Numbered from the stretch's first letter, positions 9,289 to 19,605 are shown. The stretch: DNA of 64,000 nucleotides from an uncultured virus (IMG/VR IMGVR_UViG_2061766007_003336) (IMGVR_UViG_2061766007_003336), one strand, 5' to 3'. The notes: generated from the sequence alone by a model not told the origin. Made by a program: numbers and translations.

Positions 9289-10938
9289 ATGGCAACGTCG
9301 TATGATGTAGAGGGGATGGTGTCGGTTCTGTACTGGCCTATGCCCAACGAAAAGGAAATAGTCAAGTTCGCAACCAAACGCCGTCCGGTTGCGGCCCTTT
9401 ATGATGGCTCTGTATGCGGAGCCGTACGGATAGGCTGTACCGGGAACATGCTTTCAGGCAGTCCCGTAACGGCCGCACGCAATATCGACAGCGCACGTGA
9501 GCTGCTTGAAGGGATGGATGGTGCAGGCGTCAGTCATGTCCTGCAGGCGCAGATCGCTACCAAGTCACCCAATATGATCATAGAACAGACTAACGACGAT
9601 ACGGGAGTCAGATCTTTTGCGCAGCCGCGTCATCCCGAAGACTCTGAAAGTGATCCTCCGGAATACACCAGAGTCTCGTTCTTTAAGATCACTCCTGAAA
9701 CGGAGTATATTTTCATTAAGGAACACGGCAGGCTTCTGGATTACAGCGGAGTCACCCGTAACTGTATATATCCTGTATGGGCGGCTGTTCCTGTGGGTGA
9801 TCCAGCAAGCATTCCCGAGAAGTACAGGTTTCTCGGCGCATCGTACTCCGGCAATACTCCTGCGGAAACCGTAGGTCAGATGGTGTTTAAGGGCGAATCC
9901 GGAACCTGGTACGTCTGCCAGGTCTATGACAACAAAGACACAACTACCAGAGCGTGGTTTACGTCATCAACCTGTATTGAGCACACCGGCAATCTTGACG
10001 TGTCCCAGTATGTGATTTCTGCGTACGCTGGCGTTTTGATTGATGACTCAGGGACCTACGGTCCCCAGCCGCTGGGGGATCTTCCGCTTGAATGTTTCGG
10101 AACCGACGACTCGCGTCAGACGTCCAATATGGCAAAAAAGCCCTACGGTCTCAACCTGCTCCTCGGAGACCGGTCATGCACCTGTCTGAGTCCTGCAATG
10201 TTCAGGGTTCCGCCTTATTCACGGGGGATAATATCGGCGTTAAACGCAGGTCTGTATACCCATGCCGACGCTGCCGGGGAGCCTTGCGGGGCTCTTCTGC
10301 CAAGAGGACCGATGTCGCAGTCTCACGGAGTAGGGGTGCTGAGGGAATTTCTGGATTCAAGCGGAGCTAGACCATATCTGCTGACATCAGTACCGTCAGA
10401 TTTCATCCCGATCATCTATGACGGAGGTACGACAGGGTCGCTTCAGCGTGACTACGGGAGAGACCGTATGCTCTGGGACAGGGTGCCGCCTGAAGTACGT
10501 GCAGTCATTGCTGTGATCCTGAAACACATGGCCCTTGCCGGGTTTAAAAAAATAATGCTGGGCAGGGTCCTTTACGAAGGACTCGGTCCTCTGGCAGTCG
10601 AAGCGGGTATTGAAGTTCAGCAGGTTCAGAGTGCTGCACAGCCTGACGCAGATGCCGTCAGTCTCATCAAGGAACATCCGGGGCTGATCGAAATGACTTC
10701 CAGACTGGGTTGCGCACCGTCTCTACAGTGGGTAAACCGAAACATCAGTGCGCAGGGGGCAGATAACGCTCTGACGAAATGGGAAGAACACAGGGAAGAT
10801 GATGATGACCTGGCGGAACCGGTAAAAGGTATAGTTCTTCCCCCGCAGCAGAGCTTGAAACTGTACACCCTTACCGCTTTAAGAATATATATCAACCGCA
10901 GATGGGATTATCTCGATGTCCGTCTGGGAATCTATTAG
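9289..10938 (+). CDS. Hypothetical protein B1 (paralog of 12424-14046)
   Basis: RBS gaggagg; shares IxPExE..FI, WxAVP...IPExY, ETV...KG and YxxSAxxG with 12424-14046. Confidence 0.85.
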   Translation: MATSYDVEGMVSVLYWPMPNEKEIVKFATKRRPVAALYDGSVCGAVRIGCTGNMLSGSPVTAARNIDSARELLEGMDGAGVSHVLQAQIATKSPNMIIEQTNDDTGVRSFAQPRHPEDSESDPPEYTRVSFFKITPETEYIFIKEHGRLLDYSGVTRNCIYPVWAAVPVGDPASIPEKYRFLGASYSGNTPAETVGQMVFKGESGTWYVCQVYDNKDTTTRAWFTSSTCIEHTGNLDVSQYVISAYAGVLIDDSGTYGPQPLGDLPLECFGTDDSRQTSNMAKKPYGLNLLLGDRSCTCLSPAMFRVPPYSRGIISALNAGLYTHADAAGEPCGALLPRGPMSQSHGVGVLREFLDSSGARPYLLTSVPSDFIPIIYDGGTTGSLQRDYGRDRMLWDRVPPEVRAVIAVILKHMALAGFKKIMLGRVLYEGLGPLAVEAGIEVQQVQSAAQPDADAVSLIKEHPGLIEMTSRLGCAPSLQWVNRNISAQGADNALTKWEEHREDDDDLAEPVKGIVLPPQQSLKLYTLTALRIYINRRWDYLDVRLGIY

Positions 10939-10946
10939 GAGGGAAT

Positions 10947-12431
10947 ATGAATGTATTAAGTTTTTCACCGCTGAAAGGGTCTCAGCTCAGACTGTCCTGT
11001 GACACGTCTCACTGGAGCGGGATGCCGTATACCCGTCCTTTGCTGACAGGCGGGGTTCCTAACATGTTGATCGGGGGGAAGGATAATCCGGAGAACTGCC
11101 CCTGGGAACTTAAAAACGGAGGCTTTATCATGCTGATGAAATCACTGGAGGAGGCGGGTTTCTCACCGCGGACAAGCCCCAGCAGTCTCACTGTCGAGAC
11201 TGAAGTGTACTTCCAGCTTGTGATTATGCCGCTGACTCAGTTTGCGGCAAAGCACTTCGGTGACTACCTGAAAATCATTGCCAGGTTTCCGGTTGCCACA
11301 TCGTTCGTCAGTGCCTACACGACCTGTGCGGATGAGGCGGTTATTCTGTCCTGTATTGCTTCGGAATTCGGCAAAGCCGTCGTCTATGTCCTTGTCCCGG
11401 CAACATGGTCGGCATCTCCTCAAGTCAGGTTTACGCCGCAGCCGTATTGCGACGTTAAAACACTTGATCTGAACCTGACCTTTCTTACAGACAGGAACGA
11501 GTTCTTTCAGGAGGGCTTCAGTCTCAGGAACTACTGGGATGTTTTCGACCCGGTAGCATCAGTGGAGGCTTCGTATATGTTTCACGCCAGTATTGATTAC
11601 GCCTATAGAATTGCAAAGGTAATGGATGATACATATAGGGGCATGTTCAGTGGACGGACAGGTGCTAGACTGATGCCGTGGAAAGACGCAGTCAACACTG
11701 AGATGTACCGGCACCAGCTTGGTATTATCTTCCGGAGGTGGGACAGTGATCCCGTCTTCATGGACAGGTTGTCTGACCTTGTCGGTGACACTGTCAATGT
11801 TACCGGAACGGCGTGGAAGGCAGCCTGGCTGATAGGCAATACTATCCAAACCATGATGTACGGCGTCAGCAGAGATGATGACAGTTACGGTATGCCTGAA
11901 GGATCCTTTGATAAAACCGGATGGCACAGTACCTGCGGACTATCTGATGGTATGGGCAGGCTTGTCAGAAAGTATATATTTAACCATAATATAGTTGACA
12001 GGAGGTGGGTAGTCGAATTACTGGGTACAAAACGTCCTTACAAGGTTCTGCTTTATGATGCAGCTTACCTGCACACCAGAAAGGTTCCGCTATGGATTCC
12101 GGAAGACATTCTGCTGCTGCCGTTCGATACGCAGCCTAAGCCGCCTGAGCATAACGCTATGACGGTGAAAGATTTCAGAGAGTATGTCGTGAGCAATAAA
12201 AAATGTTTCCCTGGGACACTCAGCAGTATTCCCTGCGCTCTCCGGTGGACCAAATGGGACAGTTTTGAACGTGCTCTTGCGGTGCTTGCCGCAGACAACT
12301 CTTCTTCACCGTTGCCGGTTTCTGACTGGAACCATACCGTAAACGTCTTCTGGAGCGTGACTACGTGCTTTAAAGCAGAAAAGTCAATGCAAATTCTGAA
12401 TCAGCTAATGGAGGGAACAGCCGATGATTGA
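10947..12431 (+). CDS. Hypothetical protein A2
   Basis: ATG at 10947 after aggaggg; paralog of 7800-9275. Confidence 0.85.
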   Translation: MNVLSFSPLKGSQLRLSCDTSHWSGMPYTRPLLTGGVPNMLIGGKDNPENCPWELKNGGFIMLMKSLEEAGFSPRTSPSSLTVETEVYFQLVIMPLTQFAAKHFGDYLKIIARFPVATSFVSAYTTCADEAVILSCIASEFGKAVVYVLVPATWSASPQVRFTPQPYCDVKTLDLNLTFLTDRNEFFQEGFSLRNYWDVFDPVASVEASYMFHASIDYAYRIAKVMDDTYRGMFSGRTGARLMPWKDAVNTEMYRHQLGIIFRRWDSDPVFMDRLSDLVGDTVNVTGTAWKAAWLIGNTIQTMMYGVSRDDDSYGMPEGSFDKTGWHSTCGLSDGMGRLVRKYIFNHNIVDRRWVVELLGTKRPYKVLLYDAAYLHTRKVPLWIPEDILLLPFDTQPKPPEHNAMTVKDFREYVVSNKKCFPGTLSSIPCALRWTKWDSFERALAVLAADNSSSPLPVSDWNHTVNVFWSVTTCFKAEKSMQILNQLMEGTADD

Positions 12432-14046
12432 CATTAAAGATTTTATTCCGGTATGGGTTACTGTGGATAGTGACGCAAGATATAGAGACCATCCGAAAGA
12501 TTTCAGCAAAACCAGGTTCCTCAGGTATGATATAGGGGGTCCTGGTGAAAAGCACACTCTGTCCTTCGCCGGCAACGGCAGCATGGAACCTCAGATCTGG
12601 GATATCGGGGAGCTGTCCTCCCTCAGAGCGCTGCTCTGCAGCGACTGGGTGGACCTTAACAACGCCTACGCAGATATACTGACCGACTGGCAGGAGCAGA
12701 CTACGATGGTTTTACCATACCCTGACCAGTACAGCAGGCATCTGCTCTTTCTAAGATGCCTGAAGCCGCTCGCACCGGAAGACGCTGCTGAGCTTAAGTC
12801 TCTGCTGCGGCCTGAACATTTCCAGCGGGGACGGATCAGCGAAGATACGACGTTTCCCCCGTTACGTGATTTTGTATACACTCGAATCTCCCCGGAAATC
12901 GAAGCTGAGTTTATCCGGCAGGAAGTTCCTCTGGTGGAAGCAGCCTACGGTCTCTGGATCTGGAGAGCCGTACCGTTTCACGAGTTTTCTGATATCCCAG
13001 AGCCCTATCAGCTGGTAGGTCTTTATCCGGTATGGCGCGGTGTAGAAACAGTTTATGAAGTTGTCTGCAAAGGTGTTGACACTGGCCTGATGTATCTGAC
13101 TGCCTGTTCCAACCGGATGAACGCCAGACATAACAACGTGCATGCCGGGGCATTCGCCGCTCCGACTCCGCTGCTCTGCGGTACAACTGACAGTTCAGCC
13201 TATGCTGTCAGCGCGTTTTGCGGGATCAGAGTCGAGCGTACACCCGAAGCAGTGATTTATGATCCTGAGGCATCCCTCTCTTCTGAGACGTCAAAAATCA
13301 TCCGTTCGGAGTTTTTCCGCAGAACAAAGCTGTTTAACCGCAGTCCGCACGACCTTCTTCCTGATTCCTCCCTGGCCGTAGCAGTAGTCAGTCCGGTTAA
13401 CAGAGAGGATGCTGCTGCAGAGTCTGCATTGCATCTTGCTGTACCTGGTCTTAACGAATATGACGGCTATTCAATGCCTTACCGCCACCCCGAACTTAGC
13501 TGGACTCTGGACAGAACCCAAACCCAGTGCAGCAATTCACTCAGGTCTACAGCCAGTCCGCTTCCTTCAACGGTAGCCAGGAGTTCAAATCACGTGTTTA
13601 TGAATCTGTTTGACTATGATACAGATACGCTGTACCTGGATGCTCCTTCGTGGAACAACACCGTGTGGGATGACCAGGACTGGAAAGTGATGGCAGATCT
13701 TCTGCAGCACTACGGTATAAAGCGTCTGATCATCAAAGGACAGGGGCCGCTGGGTATGAAGATAATCCTGTCCGATCATGGTATCAAGGTCAACAGAACT
13801 GACAATGACATCCCTCAGGTCTGGTTCCATAATCCGGTTTATATACCGATTCCGGGCGGCGGTGCAAACCACTGCGGTGCCGACGACCTTATTGCTGCTA
13901 TTGAACAGTATTTGGAAACATCGGTGATGACCACCAGCGCAGGAAACTGCATGACTCCGAGAGCAATACGACTCTGGGCGCTGTGCAAGTGCCTTGAATA
14001 CAGGTTCAGGGAACTTGACTGCCGCGCAAAATTTTACCCAGGGTAA
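12424..14046 (+). CDS. Hypothetical protein B2
   Basis: Overlaps upstream stop; paralog of 9289-10938. Confidence 0.85.
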   Translation: MIDIKDFIPVWVTVDSDARYRDHPKDFSKTRFLRYDIGGPGEKHTLSFAGNGSMEPQIWDIGELSSLRALLCSDWVDLNNAYADILTDWQEQTTMVLPYPDQYSRHLLFLRCLKPLAPEDAAELKSLLRPEHFQRGRISEDTTFPPLRDFVYTRISPEIEAEFIRQEVPLVEAAYGLWIWRAVPFHEFSDIPEPYQLVGLYPVWRGVETVYEVVCKGVDTGLMYLTACSNRMNARHNNVHAGAFAAPTPLLCGTTDSSAYAVSAFCGIRVERTPEAVIYDPEASLSSETSKIIRSEFFRRTKLFNRSPHDLLPDSSLAVAVVSPVNREDAAAESALHLAVPGLNEYDGYSMPYRHPELSWTLDRTQTQCSNSLRSTASPLPSTVARSSNHVFMNLFDYDTDTLYLDAPSWNNTVWDDQDWKVMADLLQHYGIKRLIIKGQGPLGMKIILSDHGIKVNRTDNDIPQVWFHNPVYIPIPGGGANHCGADDLIAAIEQYLETSVMTTSAGNCMTPRAIRLWALCKCLEYRFRELDCRAKFYPG

Positions 14047-14074
14047 GCAAACACGATACACAGAGATGCAGGCA

Positions 14075-14776
14075 TCAGTTGCCTGTATCTTTGTGTATCT
14101 GCTCCAGTTCCGTCAGTTCTTCGCCTTCAGGGGCTTTGAGCCTCATAAGAGGATCGAACTCTATATTCATTATTTTTCCCGGGGTTTCGAGACGGGACTT
14201 AACCTCGTTCTGAATATCATCGACAAAGTTGAACGCCATCGTCTCTACCGGACTTTGTTCGAGCTCGGTGCCTTTCATCGTAAGGACAGCCTCCTTCATA
14301 AACGCAGTCAAGGCTCTCATAGCTGCAGCAGTAGGATGCTGCATACACTGCTCGACCATCCCGGAAAGTCCGCCGAACATTTTTTTCAGGTTGGTTTCAA
14401 CTTCGTCGTTGATTCTGAGCCTGTGGCTCTTGTTGAATTTGCTGTCAATATAGCTCCAGCCGTTTTCAAATACATTGATCAGCAGGTTCTTCCTTGCCTG
14501 TTCGCTCTCCGTGGCCTCGGGAGCTGAATTGACGAACTCATACATCTTCAGTCTCGGCATATCCCGGTCTATGGTGAAGAAATATGAACGATAGGTCTCT
14601 ATATCCTCAGGGGTCCAGCCCAGAAGATCGTAGAATACTCCGGGAGGAGTATCGTTATCAATAAGAAGCGCTTCAACGATGTAACGCGAAAAAAGAGAAT
14701 GGTATGCGTCCTTAAGGTGTTCAGGGGCCTCTTTCAGCCCTAATGGCACATTGGCATAGACCTCTTGAAAACGCAT
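14075..14776 (-). CDS. Hypothetical protein
   Basis: 233-aa helical-looking ORF in a minus-strand unit. Confidence 0.75.
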   Translation of the reverse strand: MRFQEVYANVPLGLKEAPEHLKDAYHSLFSRYIVEALLIDNDTPPGVFYDLLGWTPEDIETYRSYFFTIDRDMPRLKMYEFVNSAPEATESEQARKNLLINVFENGWSYIDSKFNKSHRLRINDEVETNLKKMFGGLSGMVEQCMQHPTAAAMRALTAFMKEAVLTMKGTELEQSPVETMAFNFVDDIQNEVKSRLETPGKIMNIEFDPLMRLKAPEGEELTELEQIHKDTGN

Positions 14777-14800
14777 ACCATTTTAATTCCCTAGAAATCC

Positions 14801-15322
14801 TTATTTGCGGTTTTCGATGTCTCTGAGGATGCTGCGGACTCTGTTGCTGCGGAGTTTAGCTGCAGCAATGATGTCACCGGTGGTTTCCTTGGTGTTCTTG
14901 CTTACACCGACACCTGCATCAGCGTACTCTTTGCTGGTGATGTCACCTTCTTTCTTAGCATCCTGCATGATGCTGTTGTCAAGAGCGCCGGAAGCAACGG
15001 TCTGTTTCTTTTTGAGATCTTCGTTGGTACTTTCGTCGGTTCCTTCACCACCCTGGATCGTAGCGTCAGCGTTGCCCTGGTTTGCAGCGATGAGTGATGC
15101 GGCATTCTCGGTAAGCTGGGAGACTACGTTAGCAAGCTTTACGACAACGTCCTGCATTGCAGCAGTCTTCTCGAAAAGAGCGGCTACAGCACCGGGAACG
15201 TCCTGAGCAATCATCTGATAACGTGCAGCAGCTCCGACGATCGGATTCATGTTTGCTGCAGCAAGTTTGTCAGCGGCCATGTTGATGTCATCAACGTAAT
15301 CAAATTCGTAGTTTCTGTTCAT
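14801..15322 (-). CDS. Ala-rich putative internal head protein
   Basis: ATG at 15322 (MNRNYEF) after ggaggt; repeated K-x-A motifs (DKLAA, EKTAA, VKLA). Confidence 0.7.
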   Translation of the reverse strand: MNRNYEFDYVDDINMAADKLAAANMNPIVGAAARYQMIAQDVPGAVAALFEKTAAMQDVVVKLANVVSQLTENAASLIAANQGNADATIQGGEGTDESTNEDLKKKQTVASGALDNSIMQDAKKEGDITSKEYADAGVGVSKNTKETTGDIIAAAKLRSNRVRSILRDIENRK

Positions 15323-15364
15323 TTGGTACCTCCATGTCTTAATTAAGATGAACAAATACACTGT

Positions 15365-15393
15365 AGTATAGATATATTCACAACCATTGTCAA
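15365..15393 (-). promoter_or_regulatory. sigma70-type promoter
   Basis: TTGACA-N17-TATACT. Confidence 0.8.
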
Positions 15394-15400
15394 CTTCACC

Positions 15401-16129
15401 CTAGCTGCTTCTGAGATAGTCGTTAATTACTCTTACAATGTCGTTGTAGGCTTTGTTGACTTCGTAATAGGAACTTACCTGATTCGACATCCCTCTGTAA
15501 ATATCCTTGGCGTTCGGAGGAGCGGCATCAGGGTCTTTAAGGGCCTTTTTTATTTCCGCCCATACCTTTTTTTTCACAGGGTCGTTCTTAAACTCTTCAC
15601 CCAGGTAGTCCAGGTCCAGCCGGTGATCGCTGTGCAGATACTCAACCGGGCGGAATGTTTGGGTGGAAGTATTGTAGGTCTTACGCTCTCTCTGAAGAAA
15701 CTCTTTTACTTTCTTCAGGGAAAGACCGCTCATATCCGACAGCACGACCGGGTCAGGATCGATGTCTCCGAACTCGTTCGTGTATTCGTCATAGGTTTTC
15801 TTGAAGTTTCCGAAATCCTTGATGCTATGCTCCGGCGTATGAAGCGTAGGACCGTACTTATAGACGTCGCGGTGTATCGGCATCATTGTGTTGACCACGT
15901 GTGTCGACAGCTTCGATTTTGACGGGTCCCAGGTTTCGATTGCTTCTTTCGCATAGCCCATGCCTTTATAGTACAGTGCCCTGGTGTCGATACCCCTGGA
16001 CAGGTTGACCGACTGGACGGTACTATAGACCAAATCCTCCATCTCTTTAAGAGCCAGGTTCAGGTACTGCTTATCGCCGGTCTGCTTATACAGACGGGCG
16101 TATTCTTCTTCTTTTCTTGTCTGTACCAT
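15401..16129 (-). CDS. Phage sigma70-family factor (divergent, FliA/group 3-like layout)
   Basis: Region 2-like GD...L...LV...GID..ALYYKG...EAIETWDPSKSKLSTHV; LHTPEH resembles IRIPVH; region 3-like PDPVVLSDMSGLSLKKVKEFL. Confidence 0.65.
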   Translation of the reverse strand: MVQTRKEEEYARLYKQTGDKQYLNLALKEMEDLVYSTVQSVNLSRGIDTRALYYKGMGYAKEAIETWDPSKSKLSTHVVNTMMPIHRDVYKYGPTLHTPEHSIKDFGNFKKTYDEYTNEFGDIDPDPVVLSDMSGLSLKKVKEFLQRERKTYNTSTQTFRPVEYLHSDHRLDLDYLGEEFKNDPVKKKVWAEIKKALKDPDAAPPNAKDIYRGMSNQVSSYYEVNKAYNDIVRVINDYLRSS

Positions 16130-16132
16130 GGA

Positions 16133-17185
16133 TTATCCCTCAAAAAGCATGTTGTTCAGAAACATTCTGTAATGGACTTCAGGATTCGCCGTGCCAAGAT
16201 TCAACCCAGGAGCCTTGAACGCTATTTCCGACGGAGTGATTCTCGTCAGGGATGTTACGTTGAACGTCTTGTTGAGCACGGCGTCAGGTCCCTCTGTCAG
16301 AACCATGCTGATCGTTCCCAGCAAGGGCATGATGTTTTGCCCGTGGACCACCACTTCTCCGTTTGACAGTGTGACCCCGGACACTTTAGGAATACAGGCG
16401 TCAAATTTATACTTTGAGATTATATGGTCTTTGCCGAGTTCTATGACGGACAGCATGAGTGTAGGCGTCGGGTCGATCTGGATCATGTTGGCGCTTGAAG
16501 CAACAACCGAAAGGTAGCCGAGTCTGTCTGATACGAGGAAGTCACCTATATACACCGCAGGGAACCTCGGTACTGTAATCTGCCTCTGATCTGTCGCCTG
16601 GGGAATAAATTCATCAATACTGGGATCTTTGACCAGCTGAGTGATCGGCAGGATCTTTGTGGGAACAGGTGTGTAAAATCCTCCGACATAACCGCCGCCG
16701 TAGCATACCTCGCATCTCGGGTTGGATGCTTCTTCAAAATCTCTGTTGTAGCATTTGCATTTCCTGCCGGTCTTACGGTAACGCAGAATATATGCGGTAT
16801 CTGCCCAGTTGTAATTTCTGAAAAACAGGCCTGCCTTGTAATTGGCGGCGTTAAGCACCTGTCTTATCAGTTTGGACTCCGTCTGCATCGGCCTTACGGT
16901 AAGCGTATCAAGTACATCCCCGTTTGCGTTGACCGCCTTAACGATATATTCAATTTCCCTTTTCAGAATCGACTTCTGGAAAAATGTGATATCGTTGTAG
17001 TGAGGGTCGCTGACTGTAGCCAGAATCTCGCCCGCTTCCTTAAGATCCTCGCCGGATATGGCACCGTCCGGGGCGCCCCTCCTGTGTGAGTAAACCTTGA
17101 ACACGTATGTGTCGGCAGGTGCACCTTCCCATGCAAAATATACTGACTGCGTCTGCGCACTCGGTACCAGTTCGACAAGCTTCAC
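16133..17185 (-). CDS. Putative neck/head-completion protein with Cys cluster
   Basis: GRKCKCYN...PRCEVCYGGGYVGGFYTP motif; downstream of an adaptor-like gene. Confidence 0.5.
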   Translation of the reverse strand: MKLVELVPSAQTQSVYFAWEGAPADTYVFKVYSHRRGAPDGAISGEDLKEAGEILATVSDPHYNDITFFQKSILKREIEYIVKAVNANGDVLDTLTVRPMQTESKLIRQVLNAANYKAGLFFRNYNWADTAYILRYRKTGRKCKCYNRDFEEASNPRCEVCYGGGYVGGFYTPVPTKILPITQLVKDPSIDEFIPQATDQRQITVPRFPAVYIGDFLVSDRLGYLSVVASSANMIQIDPTPTLMLSVIELGKDHIISKYKFDACIPKVSGVTLSNGEVVVHGQNIMPLLGTISMVLTEGPDAVLNKTFNVTSLTRITPSEIAFKAPGLNLGTANPEVHYRMFLNNMLFEG

Positions 17186-17196
17186 AGCAGCCTCCG

Positions 17197-17664
17197 TTAG
17201 AAATATCCCTTTGAACTGCCGCGGACTCTCGTATGGCCATAGTAATGTCCGTATGGACTAGAGATGGATGCAGTAGAATCTTTGAAATCCCAGGCCTTTT
17301 TAAACTGGTAAAGCGAACTGGTAAAGCGCTGTTCATACATGGACATCAGGTTGGAAAGCACATTATACTCCTCGCCTATGCCAAGGCTGACGCCGTGCTC
17401 GACAACGCCCTGCGTATAGTTAATAGCCAGGTTGTTGAGCTTTATCTGGATCAGAGTGGCCGCTGTGCCTTCCAGCATTATATAGTCCGGGATCGAGCTT
17501 GCCTTCAGCCCGTCCAGGACCGGCGGTGTGTTGAGCGCCCGATCGTTTGCCAGTCCGATAGCCAGCTCTATTTCCGAGTCTTTAAAATATTCTGTCAGCA
17601 GTTTCATGTTTTCGCTGGGATAGTCTCTGAAAAACTGTCTGACTTTTGCTACAGTTATCGCCAT
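17197..17664 (-). CDS. Putative head-tail adaptor
   Basis: 155 aa; VRQFFRD...F.DSEIELAI pattern of gp6/gp15-like connectors. Confidence 0.45.
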   Translation of the reverse strand: MAITVAKVRQFFRDYPSENMKLLTEYFKDSEIELAIGLANDRALNTPPVLDGLKASSIPDYIMLEGTAATLIQIKLNNLAINYTQGVVEHGVSLGIGEEYNVLSNLMSMYEQRFTSSLYQFKKAWDFKDSTASISSPYGHYYGHTRVRGSSKGYF

Positions 17665-17718
17665 GGCAGTTACCTCACACTCAGGTTAATGGCCGTCTAC
17701 GCCTTCTCCGTTACCAGT

Positions 17719-18003
17719 CTAAGAAGCAACGGAACTCTCCACTGTATCAAGCAGTTGGATGAGGCTGTTCAGGGCTTCGACATCCTCAACGACAGGTCGG
17801 CTGCAGAACCTGCGTTTAATGTAAAGCAGCAGCGCTTCCCGTCCTGTAGGTGCATTCTCTTCATCACTGACTGGGTCATCCCAGGATGCGTTTGACAACG
17901 CACCGTTCTGCTTGAACAGGGTAACAATGAGATCATAGTCCGGAAGTCTGTTATTCCACTTCGGATCAGCGGGGCTGAGGTGATGCACTCTGTTGTCGCT
18001 CAT
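17719..18003 (-). CDS. Hypothetical protein
   Basis: ATG at 18003 after ggagg. Confidence 0.7.
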   Translation of the reverse strand: MSDNRVHHLSPADPKWNNRLPDYDLIVTLFKQNGALSNASWDDPVSDEENAPTGREALLLYIKRRFCSRPVVEDVEALNSLIQLLDTVESSVAS

Positions 18004-18035
18004 TTGTTTCCTCCATAAAAAACACAACCGTGCGT

Positions 18036-18064
18036 ATTATAGCTTCCGGCAGCGGCTTTTGCAA
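18036..18064 (-). promoter_or_regulatory. sigma70-type promoter
   Basis: TTGCAA-N17-TATAAT. Confidence 0.75.
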
Positions 18065-18086
18065 GAACAGCTGTTCCAGGAAGACG

Positions 18087-18101
18087 AAAATGTCATAAGT
18101 A
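18087..18101 (+). promoter_or_regulatory. Plus-strand phage promoter-like motif, copy 3
   Basis: aaaatgtcataagta. Confidence 0.65.
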
Positions 18102-18144
18102 CTTGTAGAGGATTTGTCGTTTTGATTCAAAAGAGGAGGAAGAC

Positions 18145-19110
18145 ATGAACGAAAACGAAAACATTGACATCAACAACGTTTTAACCGGCAGGGATCCTGA
18201 GCCGGACACGGGTCCGAGTGACCCGGATCTGAAGGAGATCAGATTTGACGGAGGAAGAACTCCAGGAGACTTAAACGGGGGATACCGTATTATTCCTCCC
18301 GCTCTGGTCAACGGGATAATTCAAGACGAGGCGAAAGGTCAGCTTAGGGGGCTGTATGACAACGTGGCCACGATGGGTTTCGCTAAAATCAATCTTCAGA
18401 CCAACAGATACGGAACCAGTTCAGCGTTCCCGGCAGACGGTCTGGTGTCTGGCAAGGTGCACGGGGACACGGCTGACAGGCTCAGAGTGTATCCGGGAGC
18501 TTACGTTATAGGGGGTCTCAATAAAGCCGTAACCTGCGCACCAAGATGGGCAGGGTCGGAAAAACGGATTCTTGTTCCGTATACTGCGAACATGTACAAT
18601 ATCTCGCATGTTACGTCTCCAGGACCTGATATGATGGCCAACATGCCGCATAGTCATCTCAGATGGGTAAAAGGGGCTTGCGTCAGGATATGTCTTGGCG
18701 GAATTACATCAGGCGGTCTGGCAGACTGGGCATTTAATGCAGACCTGATGCTTGGATATAATCAGGACCTGATGATGCCTTATCCCCCCGGATTTCTTCC
18801 TGTTTTTGTGCCACAGTATGGTGATACACCGCTAAGACGGCTTCAGGATGAGCAGCTCGGACGTCTTATGGCTGCGTTTATGCCGTGGAATCAAGAGTTC
18901 GACTCCCGTGACCCGCTGGCGCTGCAGCACCTGCTTGAGGCTGACAGTCCTGAGCTGGAAGAGGCTGTCCACGACTACGCTGCTGAGGGCCGGCTCGGGG
19001 ATTATTATGTGCAGGAGCAGTGGTATAACAAAGTCTATGACCTGTATATCAGGGTTCTGGCGGATACGTTTATCTATTTATATAGCCACTCCGAACCGCC
19101 GCGAAGATGA
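18145..19110 (+). CDS. Possible prokaryotic E2-like conjugating protein
   Basis: PHSH....G..RICLGG resembles the HPH..G.ICLG active-site pattern of prokaryotic E2 families; upstream of E1 and JAB genes. Confidence 0.45.
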   Translation: MNENENIDINNVLTGRDPEPDTGPSDPDLKEIRFDGGRTPGDLNGGYRIIPPALVNGIIQDEAKGQLRGLYDNVATMGFAKINLQTNRYGTSSAFPADGLVSGKVHGDTADRLRVYPGAYVIGGLNKAVTCAPRWAGSEKRILVPYTANMYNISHVTSPGPDMMANMPHSHLRWVKGACVRICLGGITSGGLADWAFNADLMLGYNQDLMMPYPPGFLPVFVPQYGDTPLRRLQDEQLGRLMAAFMPWNQEFDSRDPLALQHLLEADSPELEEAVHDYAAEGRLGDYYVQEQWYNKVYDLYIRVLADTFIYLYSHSEPPRR

Positions 19111-19123
19111 CATGGAGGATGAA

Positions 19124-19591
19124 ATGAAGAAGATTTATATCGGGTCCTGGTGGGATCTGGTCAGAAACATTCCGTCCTGGATCCAGACCAGGATGGTGCC
19201 AGTTGACTATGCCAAGCATAGATCAGGGCTGATGATCTCGGTGTCGGAGGTAAGGGAGCCTCTGGACTTTCCTGAGTTTACTACCATGCCTGACCGTCAG
19301 TTCACAAAACAGAATGTTATAGATTTCGTTACCATGGTAGGAGGCACCTCCTATAACTTCGTTGTTAACTGTAACGGTACGTGGTATGAGATCATCACGC
19401 CGTTTGTATTTTATAACGGTGAGCGTAAATATATCAGTGCTGATCTGCTCGAGGCACTGAACGCCTGGTTTCTGCTCTGCGGCTGCAACCTCTCGGTAAA
19501 TGAGCAAACGGCGTTTATAGGAAAGCTGTTCCCTAAACCGGAGAGCGGCAGAATTGATCCGGAAGATGCGAGATCATTCCTAGGGATCTAA
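19124..19591 (+). CDS. Hypothetical protein
   Basis: ATG at 19124 (MKKIYIGSWW) after ggagga. Confidence 0.75.
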   Translation: MKKIYIGSWWDLVRNIPSWIQTRMVPVDYAKHRSGLMISVSEVREPLDFPEFTTMPDRQFTKQNVIDFVTMVGGTSYNFVVNCNGTWYEIITPFVFYNGERKYISADLLEALNAWFLLCGCNLSVNEQTAFIGKLFPKPESGRIDPEDARSFLGI

Positions 19592-19605
19592 AAGTGGTAT
19601 AAGTA
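19590..19605 (+). promoter_or_regulatory. Plus-strand phage promoter-like motif, copy 4
   Basis: aaaagtggtataagta. Confidence 0.6.
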
